Source of the DNA: SAR202 cluster bacterium Io17-Chloro-G2
GTDB taxonomy: Bacteria > Chloroflexota > Dehalococcoidia > Lucifugimonadales > UBA3495
Assembly: GCA_002816875.1 (NCBI GenBank)
Contig: MUCP01000012.1
Span: 9,864-73,863, forward strand
Length of the DNA stretch: 64,000 bases
Direction: 5' to 3'
Position numbers and translations under genes: made by a program. Shown here one piece after another: positions 10,875 through 18,816 of the stretch. The number at the start of each line of letters is the position of its first letter. Positions within the stretch are counted from its first letter, which is position 1. The notes below the pieces were generated by a model, which searched no databases, was not told the DNA's origin, and saw only the letters and a program-made list of their open reading frames with translations.

Positions 10875-11195
10875 CTACCATTTCATCAGGTCGATCTCGT
10901 CCACGTTCACGGTGGACCGGTTGCGGTGGATGCGAAGGATGATAGCCAGACCCAGACCGACCTCGGCAGCGGCGACGGTGATCACGAATATGGCGATGAT
11001 CTGACCGTCGAACTGGGCAAAATTAGCCAACCCTTCCAGGTGAGAGGAGGCGGCGATGAGGTTGATGTTAACCGCGTTCAGCATCAACTCTATGGACATG
11101 ACTATAAGCACGGCGCTGCGCCGCGCCAAAACGCCGTAGAGGCCGATGGCGAAGAGGCCGGCGCTTACCAATTGGAAATAGGCCAAGGGAACCAA
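10875..11195 (-). CDS. nuoK: NADH-quinone oxidoreductase subunit K
   Basis: 106 aa with three TM helices. Contains SIELMLNAVNINL motif. Confidence 0.9.
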   Translation of the reverse strand: MVPLAYFQLVSAGLFAIGLYGVLARRSAVLIVMSIELMLNAVNINLIAASSHLEGLANFAQFDGQIIAIFVITVAAAEVGLGLAIILRIHRNRSTVNVDEIDLMKW

Positions 11196-11197
11196 GG

Positions 11198-11686
11198 TTA
11201 CCGCTCCTCCTCGTTGCTTCGTGCGATGATGATTGCGCCTATCAGGGCAACCAAAAGCACCAGGGAAGCCACCTCAAAGGGAATGGCCCACCGGGTGAAC
11301 AAGGAATTCCCCAGGCCGGCAAAAGCCGGACTGTGGAGCTGGGTCTCTTCAACCGGGCGGGTCAAGAACGCCGCTGAAAGCACCCCCAGCAGACCTAGGG
11401 CCGCAATGCCTGCCAGAGGCCACTGGCGGTTGTCGCTGATGCGCGGGTAGTCGGCCGACCGGGTGAGCATGATGGCGAAGAGCAAGACTATGATGATGGC
11501 CCCGCCGTAGATCAGGACCTGGACCAACGCCAGAAATTCGGCGAGCAAAATCAGGTACAGTCCCGCCACCGCCACCAACGATACCAGGAGGAACAGGGCG
11601 GCGTGGACCACGTTGCGGGTCAGGACCACACCCAGGCCTCCGCCCAAGGTTAGGAACGACAGTAGAATGAAAAGAAACCAGGACAT
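11198..11686 (-). CDS. nuoJ: NADH-quinone oxidoreductase subunit J
   Basis: 162 aa. Contains VHAALFLLVSL...QVLIYGGAI pattern. Its stop lies 2 nt from the nuoK start. Confidence 0.88.
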   Translation of the reverse strand: MSWFLFILLSFLTLGGGLGVVLTRNVVHAALFLLVSLVAVAGLYLILLAEFLALVQVLIYGGAIIIVLLFAIMLTRSADYPRISDNRQWPLAGIAALGLLGVLSAAFLTRPVEETQLHSPAFAGLGNSLFTRWAIPFEVASLVLLVALIGAIIIARSNEEER

Positions 11687-11824
11687 GCCCAGCTCACAGG
11701 TTATTTGATTGGTTCTGGTTGGCCGCCGCCTCTAGCTTGGCCACCGTTTCCGGCAAATAATGAGCCACCTAGATCGGCGGCTCAAAAATCCGTTTGCGGC
11801 GTCCCAACTGGCCATCCGGTGGGG

Positions 11825-12427
11825 TCAGCCATCGGCAGAATCTGCCGCAGCGGCAGGCTCTTCGTTGGCAGGCCCATCCTGAGCAACCTCTTCTTGGCCA
11901 GCTTCCTTGGCGGCCCGCTGTTTGGCCAAAACCGTCGGCGGCACCCATTCAGTCTCCTGTTGGAATTTCTTGCCTATATCCAGCAGGGCCGGCAGGTCCA
12001 CCCGGTCGCCGTTGCGCTGGTAGGTGCTCATCTCGTGCTCGTGGCTCATCACAATGGCGTCGAAATTACACACCTCGACGCAAATCCCGCATAGTATACA
12101 CCGGTTGAGGTTGATCTCGAAGCTCTCGACGATCTTACGCCTTGAGCTGCGCCCTTCCTGATGGGCGGGATTGTCGATCATTGTGGCCGACATGCATTGG
12201 GTCGGACATTGGCGTATGCAAACCATGCAGCTGGTGCAGAACGGTTCCTCCACCTCGCCGTCCCAGGTCAACGCCGGAAAACCCATGAACCGGTCTTGAA
12301 CCGGCGTGGGCCTCTTGTTCCTTTTCCACAGGGTCCCGGTTGACGGGTATTCGCGGGTCACCGGATCCCTCAGCCCGTTGACCGTAGAGACGAAAGTCAC
12401 CCACAATCCTTTGAGGCTATTCAGCAT
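11825..12427 (-). CDS. nuoI: NADH-quinone oxidoreductase subunit I (2x[4Fe-4S]) with acidic C-terminal tail
   Basis: Two ferredoxin motifs: CTSCMVCIRQCP and CILCGICVEVCN. I prefer ATG 12427 (MLNSLKGLWVTF), which overlaps the nuoH end by 11 nt, over the track start at 12511. The roughly 40-aa Ala/Glu-rich tail is atypical. Confidence 0.88.
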   Translation of the reverse strand: MLNSLKGLWVTFVSTVNGLRDPVTREYPSTGTLWKRNKRPTPVQDRFMGFPALTWDGEVEEPFCTSCMVCIRQCPTQCMSATMIDNPAHQEGRSSRRKIVESFEINLNRCILCGICVEVCNFDAIVMSHEHEMSTYQRNGDRVDLPALLDIGKKFQQETEWVPPTVLAKQRAAKEAGQEEVAQDGPANEEPAAAADSADG

Positions 12428-13601
12428 TGGCCGCCGCGCCTCTAGCAGGATCGTTGGCTTTCGCCTGGAGGGCCCTTTCTTGAGCCTGGGCGTGCTGCCG
12501 TGCCCGTACATCCGCCACCAGGTTGGCCGGGCCGACCATCCGCCGGTAGATCACGTAAGCCACCACCACCAGCCCGGCCGACGACATCAGAGTCAACGAC
12601 CAGGGAGGCCATAGGTAAAATTGGTAGACGGCGGTGATCACTATGGTCAGGAACGACATAGGCACCATTACCTTCCAGGCGAAGCCCATCAGTTGGTCGA
12701 TGCGGAGCCGGGGAAAGGTGCCTCGAATCCAGAAAACCACCAGGATCACGGCGTAGACCTTCACCAGGAACCAGATGACTACCCAGTTGCCCGATAGCAG
12801 CGGGCCCGACCATCCGCCCAAAAACAGCAACACCGTCAAGGCAGCGATAGCGAAGGTGTTGATGTATTCGGCCAGAAAGAACACCGACCAGTGAGCGCCG
12901 CTGTACTCCACAAAGGGGCCGCCCACGATCTCCGATTCAGCGAAATATATGTCAAAGGGCGTGCGCCCAACCTCTGCAAGGCCGGCGATAAAAAATATCA
13001 GCAGGCCCAACGGCTGCACCAGGGCGTAAGGATAGGGGTCCTGCTGGTCCACTATGTCTCTCAGATTAAGGGTTTGGGCCAGCATGGCCACGGCGATGAC
13101 CACCATGATGATGGGTATCTCATAGCTGATGAGTTGCGCGGCCGCCCTCAATCCGCCCAGGGTGCCGTATTTATTGGCCGAACCCCAGCCCGCCAAGACC
13201 AACCCCAATATGCCCACCACGGCAATGGCCGTTATGTAAAACAGGCCCAGGTCCAGGTTCTGCAACACAGCGTCATGGGATGCCGGTATGGTTACCCAAA
13301 TCATGAAGGCAGGGATCACGACGAGCACCGGCGCCAGCCAGAAAATGGCTTTCTCCGACGACGAAGGAACGATGTCTTCTTTGAGCAATAATTTGACGGC
13401 ATCGGCGATAGGTTGCATCAATCCCATCGGCCCAGTGCGGGTGGGCCCCAGCCGCCGTTGCAGGCGTCCCAAGACCTTCCGCTCCAACCATGTCAGCGAA
13501 AGCACCACCACCGAAAGGGCGGTGAACATGGCCAGCAATCCCGCCAGTGTCCAAAAAACCGCCGTTAGACTCACCGCCAAGATTGGAATTGACAAGATCA
13601 C
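12417..13601 (-). CDS. nuoH: NADH-quinone oxidoreductase subunit H
   Basis: 394 aa. Contains LERKVLGRLQRRLGPTRTGPMGLMQPIADAVKL signature. Overlaps the nuoD end by 4 nt. Confidence 0.93.
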   Translation of the reverse strand: MILSIPILAVSLTAVFWTLAGLLAMFTALSVVVLSLTWLERKVLGRLQRRLGPTRTGPMGLMQPIADAVKLLLKEDIVPSSSEKAIFWLAPVLVVIPAFMIWVTIPASHDAVLQNLDLGLFYITAIAVVGILGLVLAGWGSANKYGTLGGLRAAAQLISYEIPIIMVVIAVAMLAQTLNLRDIVDQQDPYPYALVQPLGLLIFFIAGLAEVGRTPFDIYFAESEIVGGPFVEYSGAHWSVFFLAEYINTFAIAALTVLLFLGGWSGPLLSGNWVVIWFLVKVYAVILVVFWIRGTFPRLRIDQLMGFAWKVMVPMSFLTIVITAVYQFYLWPPWSLTLMSSAGLVVVAYVIYRRMVGPANLVADVRARQHAQAQERALQAKANDPARGAAANAE

Positions 13602-14728
13602 CGGTCTACCTCGCCCAACACGATGTCCAGGGAGCCTAGGATCACAACGGAGTCGGCGATCCAGGTGTTCCGCAGGAGATGCCTGATGGCGGAAAGGTTA
13701 CAGAATGACGGCGGGCGCACCTTCAGCCTATAGGGCTTGTCCGTGCCGTCACTAACCAGGTACACACCCAGCTCGCCCCGGGGATTCTCAGCCCTGACGT
13801 ACACCTCGCCCTTCGGCGGCCGGATCAGGCGGCGGCCCAGGGAAGAGGCGATGTTGCCTTCTGCCATCTGCTCCAAGGCCTGTTCCACTATCTTCAACGA
13901 CTCGTACATCTCCTGGACCCGGACGTAATGCCGGTCCCAGCAGTCGCCGTCCAATCCCACGGGCACGTCGAATTCAAACCGGTCGTAGACCGAGTATGGC
14001 TGGGCTTTGCGCAGGTCATAGTCCACGCCGCAAGCCCTAAGGCACGGTCCCGTGAAACCGTAATCAAGGGCGTCTTCGGTTGAGATGGCGCCCACGTTCT
14101 TTAACCGGGCCAGAAATATCTCGTTGAATGTCAACAGCTTGTCCGACTCTTCAACGTCCGCTCTCAGCAGGGGCAGGAGTTCCCCAACCATCTCACCGAA
14201 ATTCTCAGGCAGGTCCTCCTTGATGCCGCCAACTCGGAAGTAGTTGTGCATCATCCGCGCCCCAGAGACCGCTTCAAAAAGTGCTTGGACCCGCTCCCTG
14301 CCTCGAAAGCAGATCATGGAAGGGGTCATGGCGCCGGCGTCCAGCCCCATGGTGGCGACGAAAAGAAGATGGCTGGCTATGCGGTTCAGCTCGCAAAGTA
14401 TCACCCGGACGTATTCCGCCCGTTCGGGGACGGTCAGGCCCATTAGCTTTTCCACCGCCATGCAGTACACCATTTCGTTGTTGAAATTAGCGATGTAATC
14501 CATGCGGTCGAAGAGGGTGATGACCTGGTGGTACTGCTCCCCTTCACACAGTTTTTCCGACCCCCGGTGCAGGTATCCTATATGTGGTTCGGAGTCCAGT
14601 ATCTTCTCTCCATCCACCTGCAGGACCATGCGGAAAACGCCGTGGGTAGACGGGTGTTGGGGCCCCATGTTCAAGAGCATTTCCATGGGCTCGCCCGCGG
14701 CAGCTATTTTGCTGGAAGCCTCAGTCAT
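13598..14728 (-). CDS. nuoD: NADH-quinone oxidoreductase subunit D
   Basis: 376 aa. Contains NMGPQHPSTHGVFR signature. Confidence 0.93.
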   Translation of the reverse strand: MTEASSKIAAAGEPMEMLLNMGPQHPSTHGVFRMVLQVDGEKILDSEPHIGYLHRGSEKLCEGEQYHQVITLFDRMDYIANFNNEMVYCMAVEKLMGLTVPERAEYVRVILCELNRIASHLLFVATMGLDAGAMTPSMICFRGRERVQALFEAVSGARMMHNYFRVGGIKEDLPENFGEMVGELLPLLRADVEESDKLLTFNEIFLARLKNVGAISTEDALDYGFTGPCLRACGVDYDLRKAQPYSVYDRFEFDVPVGLDGDCWDRHYVRVQEMYESLKIVEQALEQMAEGNIASSLGRRLIRPPKGEVYVRAENPRGELGVYLVSDGTDKPYRLKVRPPSFCNLSAIRHLLRNTWIADSVVILGSLDIVLGEVDR

Positions 14729-14732
14729 AATA

Positions 14733-14790
14733 ACGACCGTTCCTGCCGTTCGTCCTGAGCCTGTCGAAGGACATGCTTTCGGGTTTCACG
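14733..14790 (+). repeat. Dispersed intergenic repeat, short form (copy C), just upstream of nuoD
   Basis: acgaccgttcctgccgttcgtcctgagcctgtcgaaggacatgc carries the uninterrupted core gtcc-TGAGCCTGTCGAA-ggac. Confidence 0.75.
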
Positions 14791-14807
14791 GGATACTTGA
14801 ACAACCT

Positions 14808-15062
14808 CTATTCCACGAATTCCAGTTGGACCTCAGTATCATCTTCAACCCCGGGAAACCCGGCGTCCGCCAGCGTCTGGCCCAGCCCGCCCAGGCTGTC
14901 GATGCCGTCGTGATCTTGGATCCACGCCCTCACCACCTCTATCAGTTCGTCCTTGGCTACCTCCACCGAGTCGCCGGAGGCCTCCAGAGTCAGCTGATCC
15001 ACCTTGGCCACGTAGCATCCTTGATCCCAAGTGACATGGGCGGTCAACAGCACGGTTTCCAC
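14808..15062 (-). CDS. Small HicB-like/UPF0150-like protein embedded in the nuo operon
   Basis: 84 aa with a GTG start 5 nt after the nuoC stop. LLTAHVTWDQGCYVAKVDQLTLEASGDSVEVAKDELIEVVRAWI matches the HicB-type pattern (G-x-Y-V-A ... G-x-S-x-E-x-A ... W-I). Confidence 0.55.
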   Translation of the reverse strand: METVLLTAHVTWDQGCYVAKVDQLTLEASGDSVEVAKDELIEVVRAWIQDHDGIDSLGGLGQTLADAGFPGVEDDTEVQLEFVE

Positions 15063-15067
15063 TGCCT

Positions 15068-15694
15068 TTAGAACTCCTGATATTCGTGGAAGGGGAACTC
15101 CTTGCGGCCGGGGAACCCTTCGAATCCTTCATACAACAACAATGGCGCCAAGTCCGGATGGCCCTCGAACACCACCCCAAATAGATCGTGAGCCTCCCGC
15201 TCATACCAGTCCGCGGCACGCCACACCGATGCCACCGAAGGAGCTTTTGGCTGGTCGTAGGTGACGTCGGCCTTGATGACCATGGTCCCTTCGGGGTCGA
15301 TGGAATGGAGCATGTACACCAACTGGAAATATTCCTCGTAATCCACGCAGGCAAGGCACATCAGTTGACTTGCGCTGATCCCAGGGTCGTCCTTGAGCAC
15401 ACGGCAGACCTTGGCCAGGTCGGCGGACATCACGGTGACCTGGGGAAGGTCTTGAAGAGCGGCAACCTGGGGATGAAAATTCGCCAAGGCCAACTCCAAC
15501 CTGTTCAACAATTCTCGAGCCGGTGCAGCCAAACCGCTTAGGTCCGGTTGCGCGCTGACTTCGGCTTGCGTAGCTTCGGCTTGCGTAGCTTCGGCTTGCG
15601 TAGCTTCGGCTTGCGTAGCTTCGGCTTGCGTAGCTTCGGCTTGTGTAGAAGCAGCCGGTTGGACGTTATCCTGTTCCGCCACCGTCAACCGCAT
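15068..15694 (-). CDS. nuoC: NADH-quinone oxidoreductase subunit C with repeat-containing N-terminal extension
   Basis: The C-terminal two thirds is NuoC-like ([19 protein letters not shown]). Start chosen at ATG 15694; GTG 15682 is also possible. The track start at 15775 lies inside nuoB. Confidence 0.88.
   Translation of the reverse strand: MRLTVAEQDNVQPAASTQAEATQAEATQAEATQAEATQAEATQAEVSAQPDLSGLAAPARELLNRLELALANFHPQVAALQDLPQVTVMSADLAKVCRVLKDDPGISASQLMCLACVDYEEYFQLVYMLHSIDPEGTMVIKADVTYDQPKAPSVASVWRAADWYEREAHDLFGVVFEGHPDLAPLLLYEGFEGFPGRKEFPFHEYQEF
15559..15648. repeat. Perfect 15-nt tandem repeat, 6 copies, in frame within nuoC
   Basis: cttcggcttgcgtag occurs 5 times, plus one copy with a single mismatch. 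It encodes (TQAEA)x5-TQAEV on the minus strand. Confidence 0.95.
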
Positions 15695-16202
15695 CCTGCA
15701 TGATTTTTTCCTGGAGCTTGATGATGCCGTAGAGCAGGGCTTCCGGCCTTGGCGGGCATCCCGGGACATATACATCCACGGGCACGATGTGGTCTACCCC
15801 CATGACCACGGAATAGGACCGGTAGTAAGGTCCGCCATTGGTGGCGCAACTGCCCATGGCTATGACCCATTTGGGGTCGGGCATCTGGTCATAAAGCAGC
15901 CGTATGGGGTCGGCCATCTTTTTAACCACGGTGCCGGCCACGATCATGACGTCGGATTGCCGGGGCGATGGCCATGTCACCACACCAAAACGGTCGAAAT
16001 CATAGTGGGCCATGTAGGTGGATATCATCTCTATGGCGCAGCAGGCAAGGCCGAAACTAAGGGTCCAAAGAGAGGATTTACGCGCCATGGCGAAAAGTTG
16101 TTCAGTGGTGGCGGTAATCACTCCAGGCACCTTTCCAGCGGTGGCCTGATGCAGCAGGTTGGGAGGAGGCCGGTTTCCGCCGCCGGGGGTTATCTCTGCC
16201 AT
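15666..16202 (-). CDS. nuoB: NADH-quinone oxidoreductase subunit B
   Basis: Contains [11 protein letters not shown] and [10 protein letters not shown] cluster-N2 motifs. ATG 16202 (MAEITPGG) overlaps the nuoA end. The track start at 16328 lies inside nuoA. Confidence 0.92.
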   Translation of the reverse strand: MAEITPGGGNRPPPNLLHQATAGKVPGVITATTEQLFAMARKSSLWTLSFGLACCAIEMISTYMAHYDFDRFGVVTWPSPRQSDVMIVAGTVVKKMADPIRLLYDQMPDPKWVIAMGSCATNGGPYYRSYSVVMGVDHIVPVDVYVPGCPPRPEALLYGIIKLQEKIMQDAVDGGGTG

Positions 16203-16612
16203 TCCAAAGCTCCCTTTTTCCAAGCGTAGACGATGGCGAAGAACAAGACACCCAAGAACAGCATCATGGCGTAAAATGGAACGGCGTTGGACTCGGCAAG
16301 CTTCTGGTCCATGAATATCACGGCCCAAGGAAACAGGAAAACCGCTTCCACGTCGAAGATCAAAAAGAGGATCGCGAAGATGTAGAACCGGACGTTGATG
16401 TTAGACCAGGTATAGGGCGTAGGCGGGATGCCGCACTCATAGGGGGACAGTTTGATCTCAGAGTGGCGCCGGGAGGAAATCAACCTGGAAGTGGCAAACA
16501 TTCCTAGGATAGCAATGGCGGCGACCACGGCGGACAGGGCGACCGCAGTCCAATTTGCAGCAAATATGCCGGGGTCGAAAGCCTGTAGCATTATTGCGGG
16601 TGTTACCCACAT
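16190..16612 (-). CDS. nuoA: NADH-quinone oxidoreductase subunit A
   Basis: 140 aa. Contains YECGIPP and [15 protein letters not shown] motifs. Confidence 0.92.
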   Translation of the reverse strand: MWVTPAIMLQAFDPGIFAANWTAVALSAVVAAIAILGMFATSRLISSRRHSEIKLSPYECGIPPTPYTWSNINVRFYIFAILFLIFDVEAVFLFPWAVIFMDQKLAESNAVPFYAMMLFLGVLFFAIVYAWKKGALEWQR

Positions 16613-16693
16613 AAGTTGAAGGTTAAGCGCCGGAATCCCGGGGGGTCAGCGAGACCAAAACCGGTACCAAATCATTGGGGAGAAAACGCCCCC

Positions 16694-16723
16694 AATATAC
16701 CATCGGGGCGTGAAGAGTGTCAA
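16694..16723 (-). promoter_or_regulatory. Sigma-70-like promoter candidate for the nuo operon
   Basis: The minus strand reads TTGACA (16723-16718), an 18-nt spacer, then TATATT (16699-16694). It lies about 80 nt upstream of nuoA. Confidence 0.5.
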
Positions 16724-16828
16724 TTTACGGCCGGCCGCTCCAAAGGACAATCACCTCCGCCATCCAAGCGGACTTAGCCAACAGCCCGGTCATGGTCCAT
16801 GCCTCCCCAGTCCATAGGCCAATCAATC

Positions 16829-17977
16829 TTAGGGAAGCCTATCTTGCGACCACGCCCGCAAAGCCGTTGACGATATATCCTCTCGGAACTGGGGCTCGGG
16901 AATCTCCTGGAAAAGCGGCTTAAATCCTTCGGGCACTGGAACATCCGCCAGGGTCTTGAATACTCCATCGTCCTCCCGGCCGGCCACCAGAAACCGGCAA
17001 CCGGCGGCCCATATCTCCGCCAGCGCGGTGAGCATATTGGAAGAGGAGCCGCCGTAATAGCGGGGCGCGACTAGGCGTACCGCCGTGTCCCACCCGATTA
17101 CGAAGGGGCAGCCGGGAAACAGATCTGCCTTCTTCCGGAAGGTTTCGGCCCTAGTCAACACCACGGTTGCCTTGCGGCCGAACTGGGTCAACCGGTCCCT
17201 GACCTCAGCCGCCTCCAGGGGAGGCTTGTCCACGTTCACCACCGAAAGTTCATAGACGGCCTGCCGGGCAGTGATGATTTTCGCTGCTTCCGCCAACCGT
17301 TGGTGCCCCTGGTGAAAGGGCCGGAAGGAGCCGGGCAATATAGCGGCGGACACCGGCTCATCGGCAGCCATGCTTCCGTCGGAATGAACAGTCACCATAC
17401 CGGCGCCGCCCGCCAAAAGGAGCTCGATCGGATCGGGGTGGCCGGCATGTTGGACCTCCAGATGGTCCCCATCGGTCAAACCCAAGTCAAGCTCCGCCTC
17501 GATTCCCGATGCAGCGGCCAAGGCCATTATCACAAGGCGGCTCACCAGTTCATCTTCACCCGCCCGGTCCCTCAGACCCTTATTCAACAGCAGTCCGTAT
17601 TCGGTGCAACCGGCCTGGTCCCACGCCGCCACATAGGCCCGGTGCTCGCCCCTTTTCTGCCGGTCGGTGGCTATGGTGGCAGTGCAGGCGATGCCCACCA
17701 CTGAATTGGCCTCTTCCCGCAAATCCAACGCCCGGCGGTAAGCCGCTCTCGCCATCTCCCGGGCGGTATCCCCGGAAACATACTGGTCTGGTTCGCTTCC
17801 CAAAAAACCGACCATGGAGAGCCTGCCGTAAGGGACCAATACCTCCAACAATGTCCGAGAAGCCCCGGCAACGCCCAACAACCAGGAAATGGACTGGTTG
17901 CCGGCGCCGGCGACGGCCAACACCGCCAGGGGCGTACTGTCATGGATTTGCTGGATTGTCTCTTGTAATTCGCTCAT
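16829..17977 (-). CDS. Fusion protein: CinA-C/PncC-like domain plus NadD-like nucleotidyltransferase domain
   Basis: 382 aa. The N-terminal half (LAVLAVAGAGNQSISWLLGVAGASRTLLEVLVPY) resembles the CinA C-terminal domain pattern. The C-terminal half has GSFRPFHQGH (HxGH-type) and a terminal ISSTALR motif typical of NMN/NaMN adenylyltransferases. Confidence 0.55.
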   Translation of the reverse strand: MSELQETIQQIHDSTPLAVLAVAGAGNQSISWLLGVAGASRTLLEVLVPYGRLSMVGFLGSEPDQYVSGDTAREMARAAYRRALDLREEANSVVGIACTATIATDRQKRGEHRAYVAAWDQAGCTEYGLLLNKGLRDRAGEDELVSRLVIMALAAASGIEAELDLGLTDGDHLEVQHAGHPDPIELLLAGGAGMVTVHSDGSMAADEPVSAAILPGSFRPFHQGHQRLAEAAKIITARQAVYELSVVNVDKPPLEAAEVRDRLTQFGRKATVVLTRAETFRKKADLFPGCPFVIGWDTAVRLVAPRYYGGSSSNMLTALAEIWAAGCRFLVAGREDDGVFKTLADVPVPEGFKPLFQEIPEPQFREDISSTALRAWSQDRLP

Positions 17978-18030
17978 AAGCTCCGGTATAGCCTAGCCGA
18001 GATCTTAGTGTCCCTTTCCTTTTCATCGAA

Positions 18031-18627
18031 TCAGGCGAGGTGAGTCAGGTCCGGGGTCAGATCGATCTGATTCATACGTGTTTTAGAGATCTCGATCTCG
18101 GCGGCGATCTTCCCGTCCCACTCTTCCATCCACCCGGCCGGCAACCGGCGCCGTGCCTCCCGCCACCACAGGGGCTCTCCTTCGGCCTGGGCTTCATGCA
18201 GGATATCACCATCAACCACGTCAGCCAAAAAACAGGTCATGTCTCCGCCGTCCATGGCGTTCACGACGCGGCAATCCAGATATCCCCAGCAATCTTGAAG
18301 CAACGGGTTGCCTGCCACCCCCAGCCGGAAGGGGACATCCTTCAATTTGTCCTTGTCCCGGCCTGACACAAACCCAAAGGTTTTGATCAGGTCCAACTGG
18401 TCCCGGCGCAGAAAATTCAACGCGAACCCGCCGCTGTTGTAGATCATGCCGTGGCTGTGGTTGGTTTTGTAGATCTGGAGCAGGACCCTGGGCATATCGG
18501 GGACGATGGACGCCGCGCTGATGGCCACGGCGATCTGAACATTACTCCGCTCTTGCCACCTGCTGGTGACAGCGGCTATGGGAGACCACAGGTTGCCCAT
18601 GATAGGGGCGATGCTGCGGTAGTTCAT
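18031..18627 (-). CDS. Flavin reductase-like FMN-binding protein
   Basis: 198 aa. The pattern ...ISAASIVP...ALNFLRRDQLDLIKTFGFVSGRDKDKL... recalls the flavin reductase domain. The start may be the internal Met at residue 10. Confidence 0.6.
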   Translation of the reverse strand: MNYRSIAPIMGNLWSPIAAVTSRWQERSNVQIAVAISAASIVPDMPRVLLQIYKTNHSHGMIYNSGGFALNFLRRDQLDLIKTFGFVSGRDKDKLKDVPFRLGVAGNPLLQDCWGYLDCRVVNAMDGGDMTCFLADVVDGDILHEAQAEGEPLWWREARRRLPAGWMEEWDGKIAAEIEISKTRMNQIDLTPDLTHLA

Positions 18628-18816
18628 GAAGCGTCCGGCGGCTCCTAGTCAGAAAACAGCAGTCAAACCCACGAGGTGGTGGGTAGTGTAACACCGGTAT
18701 TTAAAACCGGTCTACCGCGTGCCGGGAACGTGCCCAGGGAAAAGTCTGGAAGCCTGCCGGTCATCAAGCCCACACCGGTACGTCAGGCAGCAAGCCGTCG
18801 ACGAACCTGCCCTCGC

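Noticed and set aside
15559-15648. A possible CRISPR array or regulatory repeat.
   Set aside because: The units are contiguous 15-mers without spacers. They lie in frame within nuoC and encode a pentapeptide repeat.
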